Position numbers and translations under genes: made by a program
Shown here: one piece after another, positions 8,597 to 18,100 of the stretch
Numbering within the stretch: the first letter of the stretch is position 1
How the letters are laid out: every line of letters starts with the position of its first letter
Assembly (NCBI GenBank): GCA_037445065.1
Contig: JBBILD010000028.1
Coordinates: 1-44,430 of the forward strand
Origin: Myxococcales bacterium
GTDB taxonomy: Bacteria; Desulfobacterota; Binatia; HRBIN30
Direction: 5' to 3'
Length of the DNA: 44,430 nucleotides
Notes under the pieces: generated by a model
Database searches by the model: none
What the model saw: only the letters and a program-made list of their open reading frames with translations
Told to the model about the DNA's origin: nothing

Positions 8597-9952
8597 ATGG
8601 CCCCACAAGCTCGTTCGTTTGCGCTCGCGACCGACTTGTACGAACTCACGATGGCGGCCGCGTATTACACGCACGGAATCAGCCGCCAAGCCACTTTCGA
8701 GCTGTTCGTGCGCGAGCTGCCGCGCAACCGGCGATTCCTTCTCGTGGCTGGGATCGAGCAAGTGCTGGAGTACCTCGAACACCTCCGTTTTACAGAAGAA
8801 GACGTCACTTACCTCAAACGCCACCCAATGTTCGCAGCAGTGCGCGCGGACTTTTTCGAGTACCTCTCCGCATTTCGCTTTCACGGAGACGTTTGGGCAA
8901 TGCCGGAGGGAACCCCAGCCTTCGCCAACGAACCGATCGTACGGGTGACCGCCCCGATCCTCGAAGCGCAAATTGTGGAGACTTTCCTGCTGGCCACTGT
9001 GAACTTCCAGACCATGATTGCGTCGAAAGCGGCGCGCGTGGTGTCCGCCGCGCAGGGACGTCCAGTCATCGAATTCGGCTCGCGCCGGGCGCACGGAAGC
9101 GAAGCCGCGATGTACGCGGCGCGGGCTGCGTACATCGCGGGGTGTGCAGGGACCTCGAACGTCGAGGCAGGTTTGCGGTTCGGAATTCCCACCTTTGGCA
9201 CGGTGGCACATTCCTGGATCATGTCGTTCGACGACGAACTCACTGCGTTCCACCGCTTTATCGAGGTCTTCCCGGCAGCAGCCACGCTCCTCATCGACAC
9301 CTACGACACCGTGGAGGCAGCGCGCAAAATCGTGCAGGCAGGGCTCAAGCCCCAAGCGGTTCGTCTCGATAGCGGCGAACTCGTGCGGTTGAGCCAAGCA
9401 GTCCGCCGGGTACTGGACGAAGGTGGGCTCCACCAAACCCGCATCTTTGCCAGCGGCGACCTCGACGAATACCGAATCACGGCCTTGCTCGAGCAGGGCG
9501 CTTGCGTGGATGCGTTTGGGGTCGGCACACGGCTTTCCACCAGTGCAGATGAACCCAACTTGGGCGGCGTATACAAGCTGGTGGAAGTGGTTGCGGACCA
9601 CGAAGCCAAGGGGCGTGTAAAGACTAGCCCCGGCAAGGCGACCTTCCCGGGCAGAAAACAGGTTTACCGCTTTGCGTCGGCCACAGGTACGTACGAGCGC
9701 GACCTGCTGGCGCTCGCTGATGAGCCGCCGCCTGCCGGCGGGCGGCCGTTGCTCGAACTGGTCATGAAAGACGGCCAACGGGTGGGGAACCCAGCGTCGC
9801 TTGAAGAAATCCGCACTCGCGCCGCGCGCGAACTGGCGTGTTTGCCAGACAACCTGCGCCGGCTCGAGCCAGGTCCCACCTTGCCAGTAGAGGTCAGTGC
9901 GCAGCTCTTGGCCGAGCAGCGCAAGCTCACGGCTGCTCGCTCGGGCCGGTGA
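8597..9952 (+). CDS. pncB: Nicotinate phosphoribosyltransferase
   Basis: TDLYELTM, EFGSRRAHG, GTVAHSWI, LIDTYDT, VRLDSG, YKLVE. Confidence 0.95.
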   Translation: MAPQARSFALATDLYELTMAAAYYTHGISRQATFELFVRELPRNRRFLLVAGIEQVLEYLEHLRFTEEDVTYLKRHPMFAAVRADFFEYLSAFRFHGDVWAMPEGTPAFANEPIVRVTAPILEAQIVETFLLATVNFQTMIASKAARVVSAAQGRPVIEFGSRRAHGSEAAMYAARAAYIAGCAGTSNVEAGLRFGIPTFGTVAHSWIMSFDDELTAFHRFIEVFPAAATLLIDTYDTVEAARKIVQAGLKPQAVRLDSGELVRLSQAVRRVLDEGGLHQTRIFASGDLDEYRITALLEQGACVDAFGVGTRLSTSADEPNLGGVYKLVEVVADHEAKGRVKTSPGKATFPGRKQVYRFASATGTYERDLLALADEPPPAGGRPLLELVMKDGQRVGNPASLEEIRTRAARELACLPDNLRRLEPGPTLPVEVSAQLLAEQRKLTAARSGR

Positions 9953-9983
9953 GAACGAAACAACCGGGCGAAGAAGCCTCGCG

Positions 9984-10982
9984 TCAGTCCGTCGCGGAAC
10001 TCACCTGACCCACAGCCAAGACCACCTTACCGACGCTGCGCCGAGAGGCGAGATGATCGAGCGCCTTGGCGGCCTCGCGCAGCGGGTAGACTGCAGAGAT
10101 CTCCGGGCGCAACTGGCCTCGTTCATACATGGCAAACAGCTCCCGCATCGCGCTCGTGATTCGCTCCGGGTCGTGCTGTCGGTACGCACCCCAATGAATC
10201 CCGATCACGCTGATGTTTTTGAGCAACACGCGGTTCACCTGGAGGAGCGGGATCGTTCCCGAGGCAAAACCGACGACGAGCAAGCGGCCGCACCAAGCAA
10301 TGCACCTCAGCGAAGCATCGAACAGGTCGCCACCGACCGGGTCGTAAATTACATCAGCTCCACGCCCGTTTGTTGCCTCGCGTACAGCATCCACCCAGGC
10401 TGGCTGAGCAGATAAAAAACACTCCTCCGCACCGTGGCGCAGCGCGACCTCGCGCTTCTCTGGCGATCCCACTGTGCCCAGCACCTTCGCACCCAAGGCC
10501 TGTCCGATCTCGACCGCGGCGAGGCCCACCCCACCCGCAGCCGCGTGCACCAGCAACGTCTCGCCAGCGCGCAACCCCGCGCGATCCACCAAGCCGATGT
10601 AAGACGTTTGGTACACGATGCCGAACGCCGCCCCTTCGAAAAAACTCATCTGCGCCGGCATGCGCACCACCGACGCCTCAGCCGCAACCACGTGGGTAGC
10701 GTACCCGCCCCAGCCAAGCAGAGCGAAGACCCGGTCCCCCGGCTGCACCGCGGTGACCCCTGGCCCCACCGCGCGCACAACCCCGGCCACCTCGCCCCCG
10801 GGGGCAAACGGCAACGGGGGCCGCACCTGATATTTTCCCTGCACGATCAAGAGATCGAAGAAATTGCAACCCGCGGCGCGCAACTCGATCAATACTTCGC
10901 CGGGTCCAGGCACCGGATCCGGCAATTCCCGCCACACTAAGTTCCGAGGTTCACCCCACTGCTCGAGCATCAACGCATGCAT
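9984..10982 (-). CDS. NADPH:quinone oxidoreductase family protein (MDR / zeta-crystallin type)
   Basis: PLPFAPGGEVAG, LVHAAAGGVG, GADVIYDPVGG, VVGFASG, GKVVL. Confidence 0.92.
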   Translation of the reverse strand: MHALMLEQWGEPRNLVWRELPDPVPGPGEVLIELRAAGCNFFDLLIVQGKYQVRPPLPFAPGGEVAGVVRAVGPGVTAVQPGDRVFALLGWGGYATHVVAAEASVVRMPAQMSFFEGAAFGIVYQTSYIGLVDRAGLRAGETLLVHAAAGGVGLAAVEIGQALGAKVLGTVGSPEKREVALRHGAEECFLSAQPAWVDAVREATNGRGADVIYDPVGGDLFDASLRCIAWCGRLLVVGFASGTIPLLQVNRVLLKNISVIGIHWGAYRQHDPERITSAMRELFAMYERGQLRPEISAVYPLREAAKALDHLASRRSVGKVVLAVGQVSSATD

Positions 10983-11089
10983 GCAGCCCAACGTGTCAGT
11001 GCCGCACGCTCGGTGCAAGGAGTTCTGAGTTGTAGCGGCAAGGAGTCGCCGCTTTTCTCGCTCACTCCGTCAACTACGATCGGCCTTGC

Positions 11090-12541
11090 ATGACACGAGC
11101 GCAGCGAAACAACCGCGTCACCATCGTCTGGTACCGGAACGACTTGCGAGTGCACGACCACGCGCCTTTGCTGTACGCAGCGGAGCGAGGGGTTGTGGTC
11201 CCCGTGTTCGTTTGGGACGAGCTAGCAGAGGCCCCGTGGCAGCTCGGGCCTGCGAGCCGTTGGTGGCTGCGCGAATCCCTGATTGCGCTGGACAGGAGCC
11301 TACGCAGGCTGGGCTCGCGGCTCTTGGTCCGCCGCGGCCCGAGCACCGCGGTGCTTCGCGAGCTGGTGTCGGAAACAGGTGCCACGCAACTCGTGTTCGA
11401 GCGCTGGCTCTGGCCCAAAGGCCGCGACGTCGAGGATCAGCTCCGCACGGTGCTTACCGCACAAGGCTGCGAGGCGGTGCCGTTCCCGGCAAATCTTCTC
11501 TGGCAGCCGGAGCGAGTGCAGAGTGATGCGGGAAGCCCATATCGAGTGTTTACGGCGTTTTATCGCAAGGTTCTCACACTCCCAGTTGCCGGCGCGCGGC
11601 ACACACCCGCAACGCTGCACGCGCCCGCCATTTGGCCCGCGGGCGAAACGGTCGACTCACTACCCAAGAGCAAGGGAGGCTGGGAAGGATACTGGCGTCC
11701 AGGAGAACCCTCCGCGCGGCGCCGGTTTGCCGCATTTCTGCGAGATCGCCTCGCCGCGTACGGCCTCCAGCGCAACTCTCTCGAATCCCCGGGCACTTCG
11801 CTGCTTTCCGCGCATCTCCGCTTCGGCGAACTCAGTGTGCGCGAACTTTGGGCGCGGGTCTCGGATTGGGCACGGGGGCAGCCCCCCTCCGCTCAAGCCG
11901 GCGCTCAGGCATTTTTGCGCCAGCTCGTGTGGAGAGATTTTGCCTACCATTCTCTCTTTCACTCGCCGGCGCTTTCCGAGCGACCGTTGGACCGCCGCTT
12001 CGAGCAGTTCGAATGGGAGGACAATCCGGAAGCACTGGCGGCGTGGAAGGATGGGCGCACAGGCTTTCCGCTGGTTGACGCCGGAATGCGACAACTGCGC
12101 GAGACGGGTTTCCTCCCCAACCGAGTTCGTATGGTCGTAGGCTCGTTCCTCAGCAAGCACTTGCTCGTTCCGTGGCAGGAGGGAGCGCGGTGGTTTTGGG
12201 ATACCTTGCTCGACGCAGATCTCGCCAACAACAGCCTCAACTGGCAGTGGGTCGCAGGCTGCGGAGTGGACCCCATGCCGTTTACGCGCATCTTCGACCC
12301 AGTGCGGCAGGGACTCCGCTTCGACGCCTCCGGAGCTTACGTGAAGCAGTGGGTGCCCGAGTTGAGTGGATTACCGGCTACCTGGGTTCACCGGCCTTGG
12401 CAAGCGCCAGCGGAAATCCTGAAGGCGGCTGGCATCCACCTAGGAAAGAGCTACCCGGCACCGATTGTGGATCACGCGGCAGCACGCAGGCGCGCTCTGC
12501 TTCGCTACGAAACCACCCGCAACACCCGAGGACGTGGGTGA
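11090..12541 (+). CDS. phrB: Deoxyribodipyrimidine photolyase (cryptochrome/photolyase family)
   Basis: WYRNDLRVHDH, TSLLSAHLRFGE, GRTGFPLVDAGMRQL, NRVRM, DADLANNSLNWQW. Confidence 0.92.
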   Translation: MTRAQRNNRVTIVWYRNDLRVHDHAPLLYAAERGVVVPVFVWDELAEAPWQLGPASRWWLRESLIALDRSLRRLGSRLLVRRGPSTAVLRELVSETGATQLVFERWLWPKGRDVEDQLRTVLTAQGCEAVPFPANLLWQPERVQSDAGSPYRVFTAFYRKVLTLPVAGARHTPATLHAPAIWPAGETVDSLPKSKGGWEGYWRPGEPSARRRFAAFLRDRLAAYGLQRNSLESPGTSLLSAHLRFGELSVRELWARVSDWARGQPPSAQAGAQAFLRQLVWRDFAYHSLFHSPALSERPLDRRFEQFEWEDNPEALAAWKDGRTGFPLVDAGMRQLRETGFLPNRVRMVVGSFLSKHLLVPWQEGARWFWDTLLDADLANNSLNWQWVAGCGVDPMPFTRIFDPVRQGLRFDASGAYVKQWVPELSGLPATWVHRPWQAPAEILKAAGIHLGKSYPAPIVDHAAARRRALLRYETTRNTRGRG

Positions 12542-12703
12542 GAGCACAACACGCGCGCTCCGCGCGCACTTTTCAGCATACCCAGCGTTGATCCCAACGG
12601 CACGGTCCGCGGCTACAGCCGGTAGACCGAGCGTAGGCCATCCCTAGGACCTCCACTCGGCGGACTTATGGAGCGCGCGGAAGCAACGTCGCGCTCGGCG
12701 CCA

Positions 12704-12722
12704 CCAGGCCTTCAGCGCCTGG
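12704..12722. terminator. GC hairpin between convergent phrB and cytochrome c genes (possible terminator)
   Basis: CCAGGC-cttcagc-GCCTGG; no clear U-tract. Confidence 0.3.
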
Positions 12723-12734
12723 CAGGCAACCGAG

Positions 12735-13139
12735 TTACTTTTTCCCGGCCAGGCCGCGAACCAGAACTCGTAATCCTTTTACGACATCAGGCTTGGGGCC
12801 CAAGTCCGGGTTCGGGGGCATCAGCGGGCTCTTGCCCACCGCCGGGCCACCACCCACGATGATTTTTTCGATGTGCTCGTCGGTTACTGACTTCTGCCAC
12901 TCGTCCAAGGTCAGGTCCCGGGGTTTCGGGTTCAACGCAAGCCCCGCTGGCCCGTCGCCTTTCCCGGCTTGCCCGTGGCACGTGGAGCAGCGGGTTTTCC
13001 AAATCTCCTCGGCTTCCTTCATGGCAGCGGCCGGCACCGGGTCCGCCGCCCACGCACGAGTCACCCCTGCAATTCCCGCCGCCCACAGGTATGTGAGCTG
13101 TAAAGCCACCAACAAACCTAGCTGTTTCCGACTCACCAT
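12735..13139 (-). CDS. Exported monoheme c-type cytochrome
   Basis: Signal peptide ending AWA; CSTCHG heme motif, GKGDGP, distal ligand in SPLMPP; SD GAGGAGGAGG. Confidence 0.9.
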   Translation of the reverse strand: MVSRKQLGLLVALQLTYLWAAGIAGVTRAWAADPVPAAAMKEAEEIWKTRCSTCHGQAGKGDGPAGLALNPKPRDLTLDEWQKSVTDEHIEKIIVGGGPAVGKSPLMPPNPDLGPKPDVVKGLRVLVRGLAGKK

Positions 13140-13214
13140 AACCTCCTCCTCATCGGCTGCTTGGCCTCCTCCCCTCGAGCACCACCCGGGCGAGACCATA
13201 CCGACCGAACCGCA

Positions 13215-13231
13215 AGCAAGCCGCGATCCAA
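13215..13231 (-). promoter_or_regulatory. Candidate sigma-54 promoter for the cytochrome c gene
   Basis: Minus strand TTGGATCGCGGCTTGCT (GG-N10-GC, TTGCT). Confidence 0.4.
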
Positions 13232-13366
13232 TGTGCAAGTGGGACTAGCCAACTGGGAATATGGCTCGGGCTTCCCATGGCTAGGAAAGCCGCGTCGCTT
13301 GCCACCCCTAGCGCAAAATTCTCAAAAACCCATTTCCTGGGCCGGCAAACGCGGTAGAAGACAGGC

Positions 13367-14776
13367 ATGGCTCACTTCGAAGCTTCCTCAATCGTTCCGG
13401 CGCCCGCTGGCGACGTGTACGCGTGGCACGCGCGGCCAGGGGCGTTCGAACGACTGCGGCCACCTTGGTCGCATGTCGAGGTGGTCGAGCGGCAGGGCAC
13501 GATCGAGTCGGGTCACGTACGCCTGCGCTTTCGCATCGGGCCCTTTTCCTTCGATTGGCTCGCCGAGCACTACGCTGGCGTTCCAGGAACAGAGTTTCGT
13601 GACCGGCTGATTCACGGTCCGCTGCCCCGGTGGGAGCACGTACACCGCTTCCTCCCTCTGGATGCGGCGAGCTGCCGCATGCAAGACGAAATCACCTACG
13701 AATTCCCTCGCTTTGCCGCCGGATTGCCTGCAGTCGTGCGCAAGTATTTTGCCGAACGGCAACTCTTGCCCCTGTTTGCATACCGCCATCGCATTGTGCG
13801 GCACGATCTGGCCGTGCATCGAAAGCTCTCTCAGCAGCCACTGCACTTTGTCGTTACGGGTGCAAGCGGGTTGGTCGGCTCGGCTCTGTGCCCGTTCTTG
13901 ACCACTGGCGGCCACACGGTCACTCGCCTCGTTCGGCGGCCGAGTGCGGGAGAAGACGAGCTGTTTTGGGATCCTGCCAGTGACCGGCTCGACGACTTGC
14001 CGCGCGCGCCCCTCGACGTGGTCGTGCATCTTGCTGGCGCCAATATCGCTGCCGGCCGCTGGACCCCAGCGCGCAAAGCGGAAATTACCGCGAGTCGGGT
14101 AGAGGCCACCCGCAATTTGAGCACGGCGCTGGCCCGCCTCGACCGTAAGCCGCGCGTGCTCGTGTGCGCCTCTGCCATCGGTTTTTACGGCGACCGTGGT
14201 AGCGAGGCGCTGGACGAGGACGCTCCTGCGGGCCGTGGTTTTCTCGCCGAGGTGTGCCAAGCTTGGGAAAAAGCCACCGCGCCAGCGGCGGCAGCGGGAA
14301 TTCGTGTGGTGAACCTGCGCATCGGTGTGGTTCTGACCCCGGGAGGCGGAGCACTGGCGCAAATGCTGCCCTTGTTTCGACTCGGGCTTGGAGGTCGCAT
14401 CGGGGGCGGACAGCAATACGTGAGCTGGATTGCCCTCGACGACCTCTTGGCGGTGATTCTTCACTGCGGGGCCACCGAAACCCTCCGTGGACCAGTCAAC
14501 GCAGTGGCTCCGGCTGCGGTCACCAACGCTGAACTCGTGCGAGTGTTGGCACGGATCCTAGGCCGCCCAGCCCTTCTGCCGGCGCCAGCGATTGGGCTGC
14601 GTCTTTTCCTCGGCGAAATGGCCGAGGAGCTGTTGCTGTCCAGCACGCGGGTCTGGCCGCGACGACTGCTGGAGACGGGTTTTCAATTCCAGTACGGAGA
14701 ATTGAAGAGCGCTTTGCGCCACCTGCTCGGGGCGACGTACGTTCCCCTCGAACAAGCGCAGCGCACTGGAGTGTGA
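13367..14776 (+). CDS. TIGR01777-family NAD(P)-binding epimerase-like protein with N-terminal SRPBCC domain
   Basis: N-terminal WHARPGAFERLRPPW...GPLPRWEHVHRF; then VTGASGLVG, HLAGANI, SAIGFYG, GGGQQYVSWI, GPVNAVAP. Confidence 0.9.
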   Translation: MAHFEASSIVPAPAGDVYAWHARPGAFERLRPPWSHVEVVERQGTIESGHVRLRFRIGPFSFDWLAEHYAGVPGTEFRDRLIHGPLPRWEHVHRFLPLDAASCRMQDEITYEFPRFAAGLPAVVRKYFAERQLLPLFAYRHRIVRHDLAVHRKLSQQPLHFVVTGASGLVGSALCPFLTTGGHTVTRLVRRPSAGEDELFWDPASDRLDDLPRAPLDVVVHLAGANIAAGRWTPARKAEITASRVEATRNLSTALARLDRKPRVLVCASAIGFYGDRGSEALDEDAPAGRGFLAEVCQAWEKATAPAAAAGIRVVNLRIGVVLTPGGGALAQMLPLFRLGLGGRIGGGQQYVSWIALDDLLAVILHCGATETLRGPVNAVAPAAVTNAELVRVLARILGRPALLPAPAIGLRLFLGEMAEELLLSSTRVWPRRLLETGFQFQYGELKSALRHLLGATYVPLEQAQRTGV

Positions 14777-14864
14777 CGCGCGGTAAGAGCCGGCATCCGT
14801 CCGAGCCTGCAACAGCCGTTGCTACCCCCGGCAACCAGCGGTATGCACGCCGCTTTCAAGCACT

Positions 14865-16658
14865 ATGGTGGCTCATCCGGCTCCACAGAGGAGACGACCG
14901 CGGGAGCAGTTTCTCACCACCGCAACTGTCCGTCTCCTGGCGCGGCTCGCATCCGTGTTGGGAACACTGGTTACCGTCTTCCTCTGGCGAGCGGAGGAAC
15001 CTGGTTATGGTCCGGTGTTCTGGGCTTGGGTGGCTTGCCTGAGTGCGTACGTGGCGAGCTTTCCCGCTAACAAGCAGAAAGGGGCGCAAAACCTCGGCTT
15101 CCACTTACGGCTCGTCTTGCTGCTGGCGTTTGCCGCCGTTTGGCGGATCCCGCAAGTTTACGAAATGCCGGCCAATATCAGCGTGGACGAACTCCTGCCC
15201 GGGGTCGAGTCGTTGCACATTGCAGCCGGGGAAGCACCCAATGTGTTCGGCTCGGTCGGCTGGTTTTCCATACCGCGCCTAGCGTTCACCCCGGGCGCTC
15301 TGTTTATGGCCTGGTTGCCGCTGCCACCCTTCCACAGCCTGCGGCTCGCTTCGGTGTGCACCGGTCTCGTCGGCATCGCTGCAAGCGTTGGCTTGGGAAG
15401 GGAACTGATCAGTACCAGAGCTGGCTGGCTCGGAGGGATGTTCATGGCTGTTGCCTACTGGCACGTACACAACAGCCGCACGGGCTTCCCCTTTGCTCAG
15501 TCGTCGCTTGCGACCGCCGCAGTTGCCTTCCTCCTCCTCCGGGCGCTGCGCCGTGCAGATCTGCGCAGCCTAGCCCTCGCCGGCCTGGCCTGCGGGTTCT
15601 GCCTCCACCTCTACTTCCCCGCCCGTGCTGTGTTGCTGGTAGTTCCGCTCGTATTCCTGCATGGAGCACTCCGATTCCGTCTTTCCCTTCGTGCCGCCTT
15701 CCGCGCGGGGCTCGTGTTCTCCACCGCCGCTGCGCTTGCGTTTTTGCCACTCGCTGCCAACGCGGGGCTGGGGACTTGGGCCGAGCGCTCGCGCTCGATC
15801 ACCATCCTCTTCCCCGCCACCCTGCACAGCCGCGAGGTGTTCTGGCAAGTCGAGGGCTGGTGCGCGGTTCTCGTGCAGCAAACGAGCGAGGCGCTGCGCA
15901 TGTTCTCCCAGTGGGCCGATCTCGCCGTGTTGCACCGCTCCCCGGCCGGCTTACTCGACCCTCTACTCTTGGTTCTCGTGCTCCTCGGAGCCGTAATCGG
16001 CATTTTGCAGGCAAACGGTGCAGCTCTACTCCTCTGCACATGGTTCCTGCTCGTGTTTTTCCTCGGGGTAGTCATGACCGATGCTCCACGTGCCTCCTAT
16101 CGCCTCGCCCCGGCCATGCCCGCCTTGCTCCTGTTGGCCGCGTTCGCACTCGACCATCTCTGGGCCAGCACCGGGCCGTCACGCAACCGCGCCCATCGTT
16201 CGGTGCGCGCAGTGGTGTTGCTGGGCATTCTCATCGCAGTTGCCAGTCTCAATTACTGGCTGTTTTTCCAGCATTACCCCCGTGGCGATGGCAAGCAAGT
16301 AACCATGTCGGAGGCCGTGCGCTTTGCATCCCACCAGTGTTCCGAGCGGCAGTTCTGGATCGTACCTGCCTGGGCGAGCTGGGATCAGGAAATCCTACCG
16401 CTGTTTTGCGACGATCTTCGTCCCGCCCGCCACGAGCTTCTCGCCGAAGTCGTAGGAAATCACAAACCCGTAACGTTGCTGTTGGTGAACGACTTTGGTC
16501 GGCGCCAGCAGCAGGTCCAGCAGCTTTTTCCGCGGGCTCGCGTGCGACTCCATGCTGCAAAAGACGGAAGGCTCTTGTTCATCAGCGCGGAGATTTCCCG
16601 AGCCGACTGGGAGCAAGCCTCCGAGCGAGCGCTTCGTTACCTCAACAGCGATTCGTAA
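14865..16658 (+). CDS. GT-C fold membrane glycosyltransferase (PMT/ArnT-like, family 39/83-like)
   Basis: Polytopic membrane protein with first-loop acidic motif NISVDE, LRLAS, WHVHNSR, YFPAR and a C-terminal soluble domain. Confidence 0.7.
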   Translation: MVAHPAPQRRRPREQFLTTATVRLLARLASVLGTLVTVFLWRAEEPGYGPVFWAWVACLSAYVASFPANKQKGAQNLGFHLRLVLLLAFAAVWRIPQVYEMPANISVDELLPGVESLHIAAGEAPNVFGSVGWFSIPRLAFTPGALFMAWLPLPPFHSLRLASVCTGLVGIAASVGLGRELISTRAGWLGGMFMAVAYWHVHNSRTGFPFAQSSLATAAVAFLLLRALRRADLRSLALAGLACGFCLHLYFPARAVLLVVPLVFLHGALRFRLSLRAAFRAGLVFSTAAALAFLPLAANAGLGTWAERSRSITILFPATLHSREVFWQVEGWCAVLVQQTSEALRMFSQWADLAVLHRSPAGLLDPLLLVLVLLGAVIGILQANGAALLLCTWFLLVFFLGVVMTDAPRASYRLAPAMPALLLLAAFALDHLWASTGPSRNRAHRSVRAVVLLGILIAVASLNYWLFFQHYPRGDGKQVTMSEAVRFASHQCSERQFWIVPAWASWDQEILPLFCDDLRPARHELLAEVVGNHKPVTLLLVNDFGRRQQQVQQLFPRARVRLHAAKDGRLLFISAEISRADWEQASERALRYLNSDS

Positions 16659-18079
16659 AGCTGCTGGTATTGGGCAGCGGATCGGTCCCAGGAAAAGTCT
16701 TGCCGCATCGCGCGGGTGACCAGCTCGTCCCACCGCTGCCGGTCACGAAAAGCAGCCAAGGCCCGCTTCACTGCGCCGAGGAATGCCTCGCGCTGGAAGG
16801 GGCGAAAGCGAAAGCCCGTACCCTCACCTGGCTGCTCGTCTGCATCGAGGACGGTGTCATGCAATCCCCCGGTGTCGTGCACGACTGGAATCGTCCCGTA
16901 GCGCAGGCTGTACATTTGGTTGAGCCCGCATGGTTCGAAGCGAGAAGGCATGAAGAAGAGGTCCGCTCCGCCTTCGATCAGGTGCGAAAGCGGCTCGTCG
17001 AAGGCAACGCGAACGCCCACCTGGTCAGGGAATTCTGCTTGGCGCTGGCGGAGGCGTTCTTCCAAGTCCGGGGCACCGCGTCCAAGAATGACGATCCGTA
17101 GCCCCACCGCGGCGAGTTCCGGTAGGGCTTCCGCCAAGAGGTCCATTCCTTTCTGTTCCACCAGTCGCGACACGACTCCCGCCAGCGGTTGGTCGGGTGC
17201 GCCAGGCAAAGCGAAGGCTTGCTCGAGTGCCCGCTTGCACATGCGCTTCCCCCGCCGATCCTCGACGTCGTACCGGGCAGGAAGAAAGGGGTCGCTGGCC
17301 GGGTTCCAAACCTCATAATCGACTCCGTTGAGGATGCCGCGCAGGCGATCGGAGCGGTAGCGCAAGGCCGCATCGAGACCGCAGCCGAATTCCGGCGTCT
17401 GGATCTCCTGCGCGTAGGTAGGGCTCACGGTTGTGATCGCATCGGCAAAGGAAATGCCTCCCTTGAGGAAGTTGATCCGTCCCCACGCCTCCAGCGCATC
17501 GAATGAAAAGTAGCGGGCGTCCAAATTCAGCAAATGCCAGTCTTCGGCCCAGAAGTCGCCCTGGTACGCCAGGTTGTGGATGGTAAGCACGCTACGGCAG
17601 GCCTTGGCCCACCAGTAACGCTGGCCATCGGCCCGTAAAAACACAGGGACGAGTGCGGCGTGCCAGTCATGAACGTGCACGATTTGGGGCGCACCAACGA
17701 AATCTGCCAGGCTCAACGCTGCCCGGCAGAAAAAGACAAAACGCTCGGCGTTGTCGGGGTAAGGCGTATTACCCTCGCCGTACAACTCAGGCCGGTCGAA
17801 GTATTGGTTGGCGACCAGCACGTAGACGGTGGTGGACTCGCCAAGCCGGGTGCGCAGGACCTCTGCGGCTTCCTGGCGTGAAGACACCGGCACTTCGACC
17901 TGCCAGCCTGTATGCTCGAACTGCGCCCCCGACTGAAGGGCACAACGGTACCCGGGCAGAACCACCGAAACCTCCACGCCGCGCCGCGCCAAAGCTCGCG
18001 CGAGGGCACTTACCGCTTCCCCTAGCCCCCCGCTGCGGGCAAAGGGAGCCATTTCCGCCGCTGCCATCAAAACGCGCAC
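16637..18079 (-). CDS. glgA: Glycogen synthase
   Basis: EMAPFARSGGLG, YPDNAERF, HVHDWH, TIHNLAYQG, SRLVEQKG, MPSRFEPCGLNQ. Confidence 0.96.
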   Translation of the reverse strand: MRVLMAAAEMAPFARSGGLGEAVSALARALARRGVEVSVVLPGYRCALQSGAQFEHTGWQVEVPVSSRQEAAEVLRTRLGESTTVYVLVANQYFDRPELYGEGNTPYPDNAERFVFFCRAALSLADFVGAPQIVHVHDWHAALVPVFLRADGQRYWWAKACRSVLTIHNLAYQGDFWAEDWHLLNLDARYFSFDALEAWGRINFLKGGISFADAITTVSPTYAQEIQTPEFGCGLDAALRYRSDRLRGILNGVDYEVWNPASDPFLPARYDVEDRRGKRMCKRALEQAFALPGAPDQPLAGVVSRLVEQKGMDLLAEALPELAAVGLRIVILGRGAPDLEERLRQRQAEFPDQVGVRVAFDEPLSHLIEGGADLFFMPSRFEPCGLNQMYSLRYGTIPVVHDTGGLHDTVLDADEQPGEGTGFRFRPFQREAFLGAVKRALAAFRDRQRWDELVTRAMRQDFSWDRSAAQYQQLYESLLR

Positions 18080-18100
18080 GGAATCGAAGGGCGGAACTGG

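Noticed and set aside
13240..13290. Cobalamin riboswitch suggested by AGCCAACTGGGAA
   Set aside because: Other B12-box elements are missing; the sequence is better explained as a simple inverted repeat.
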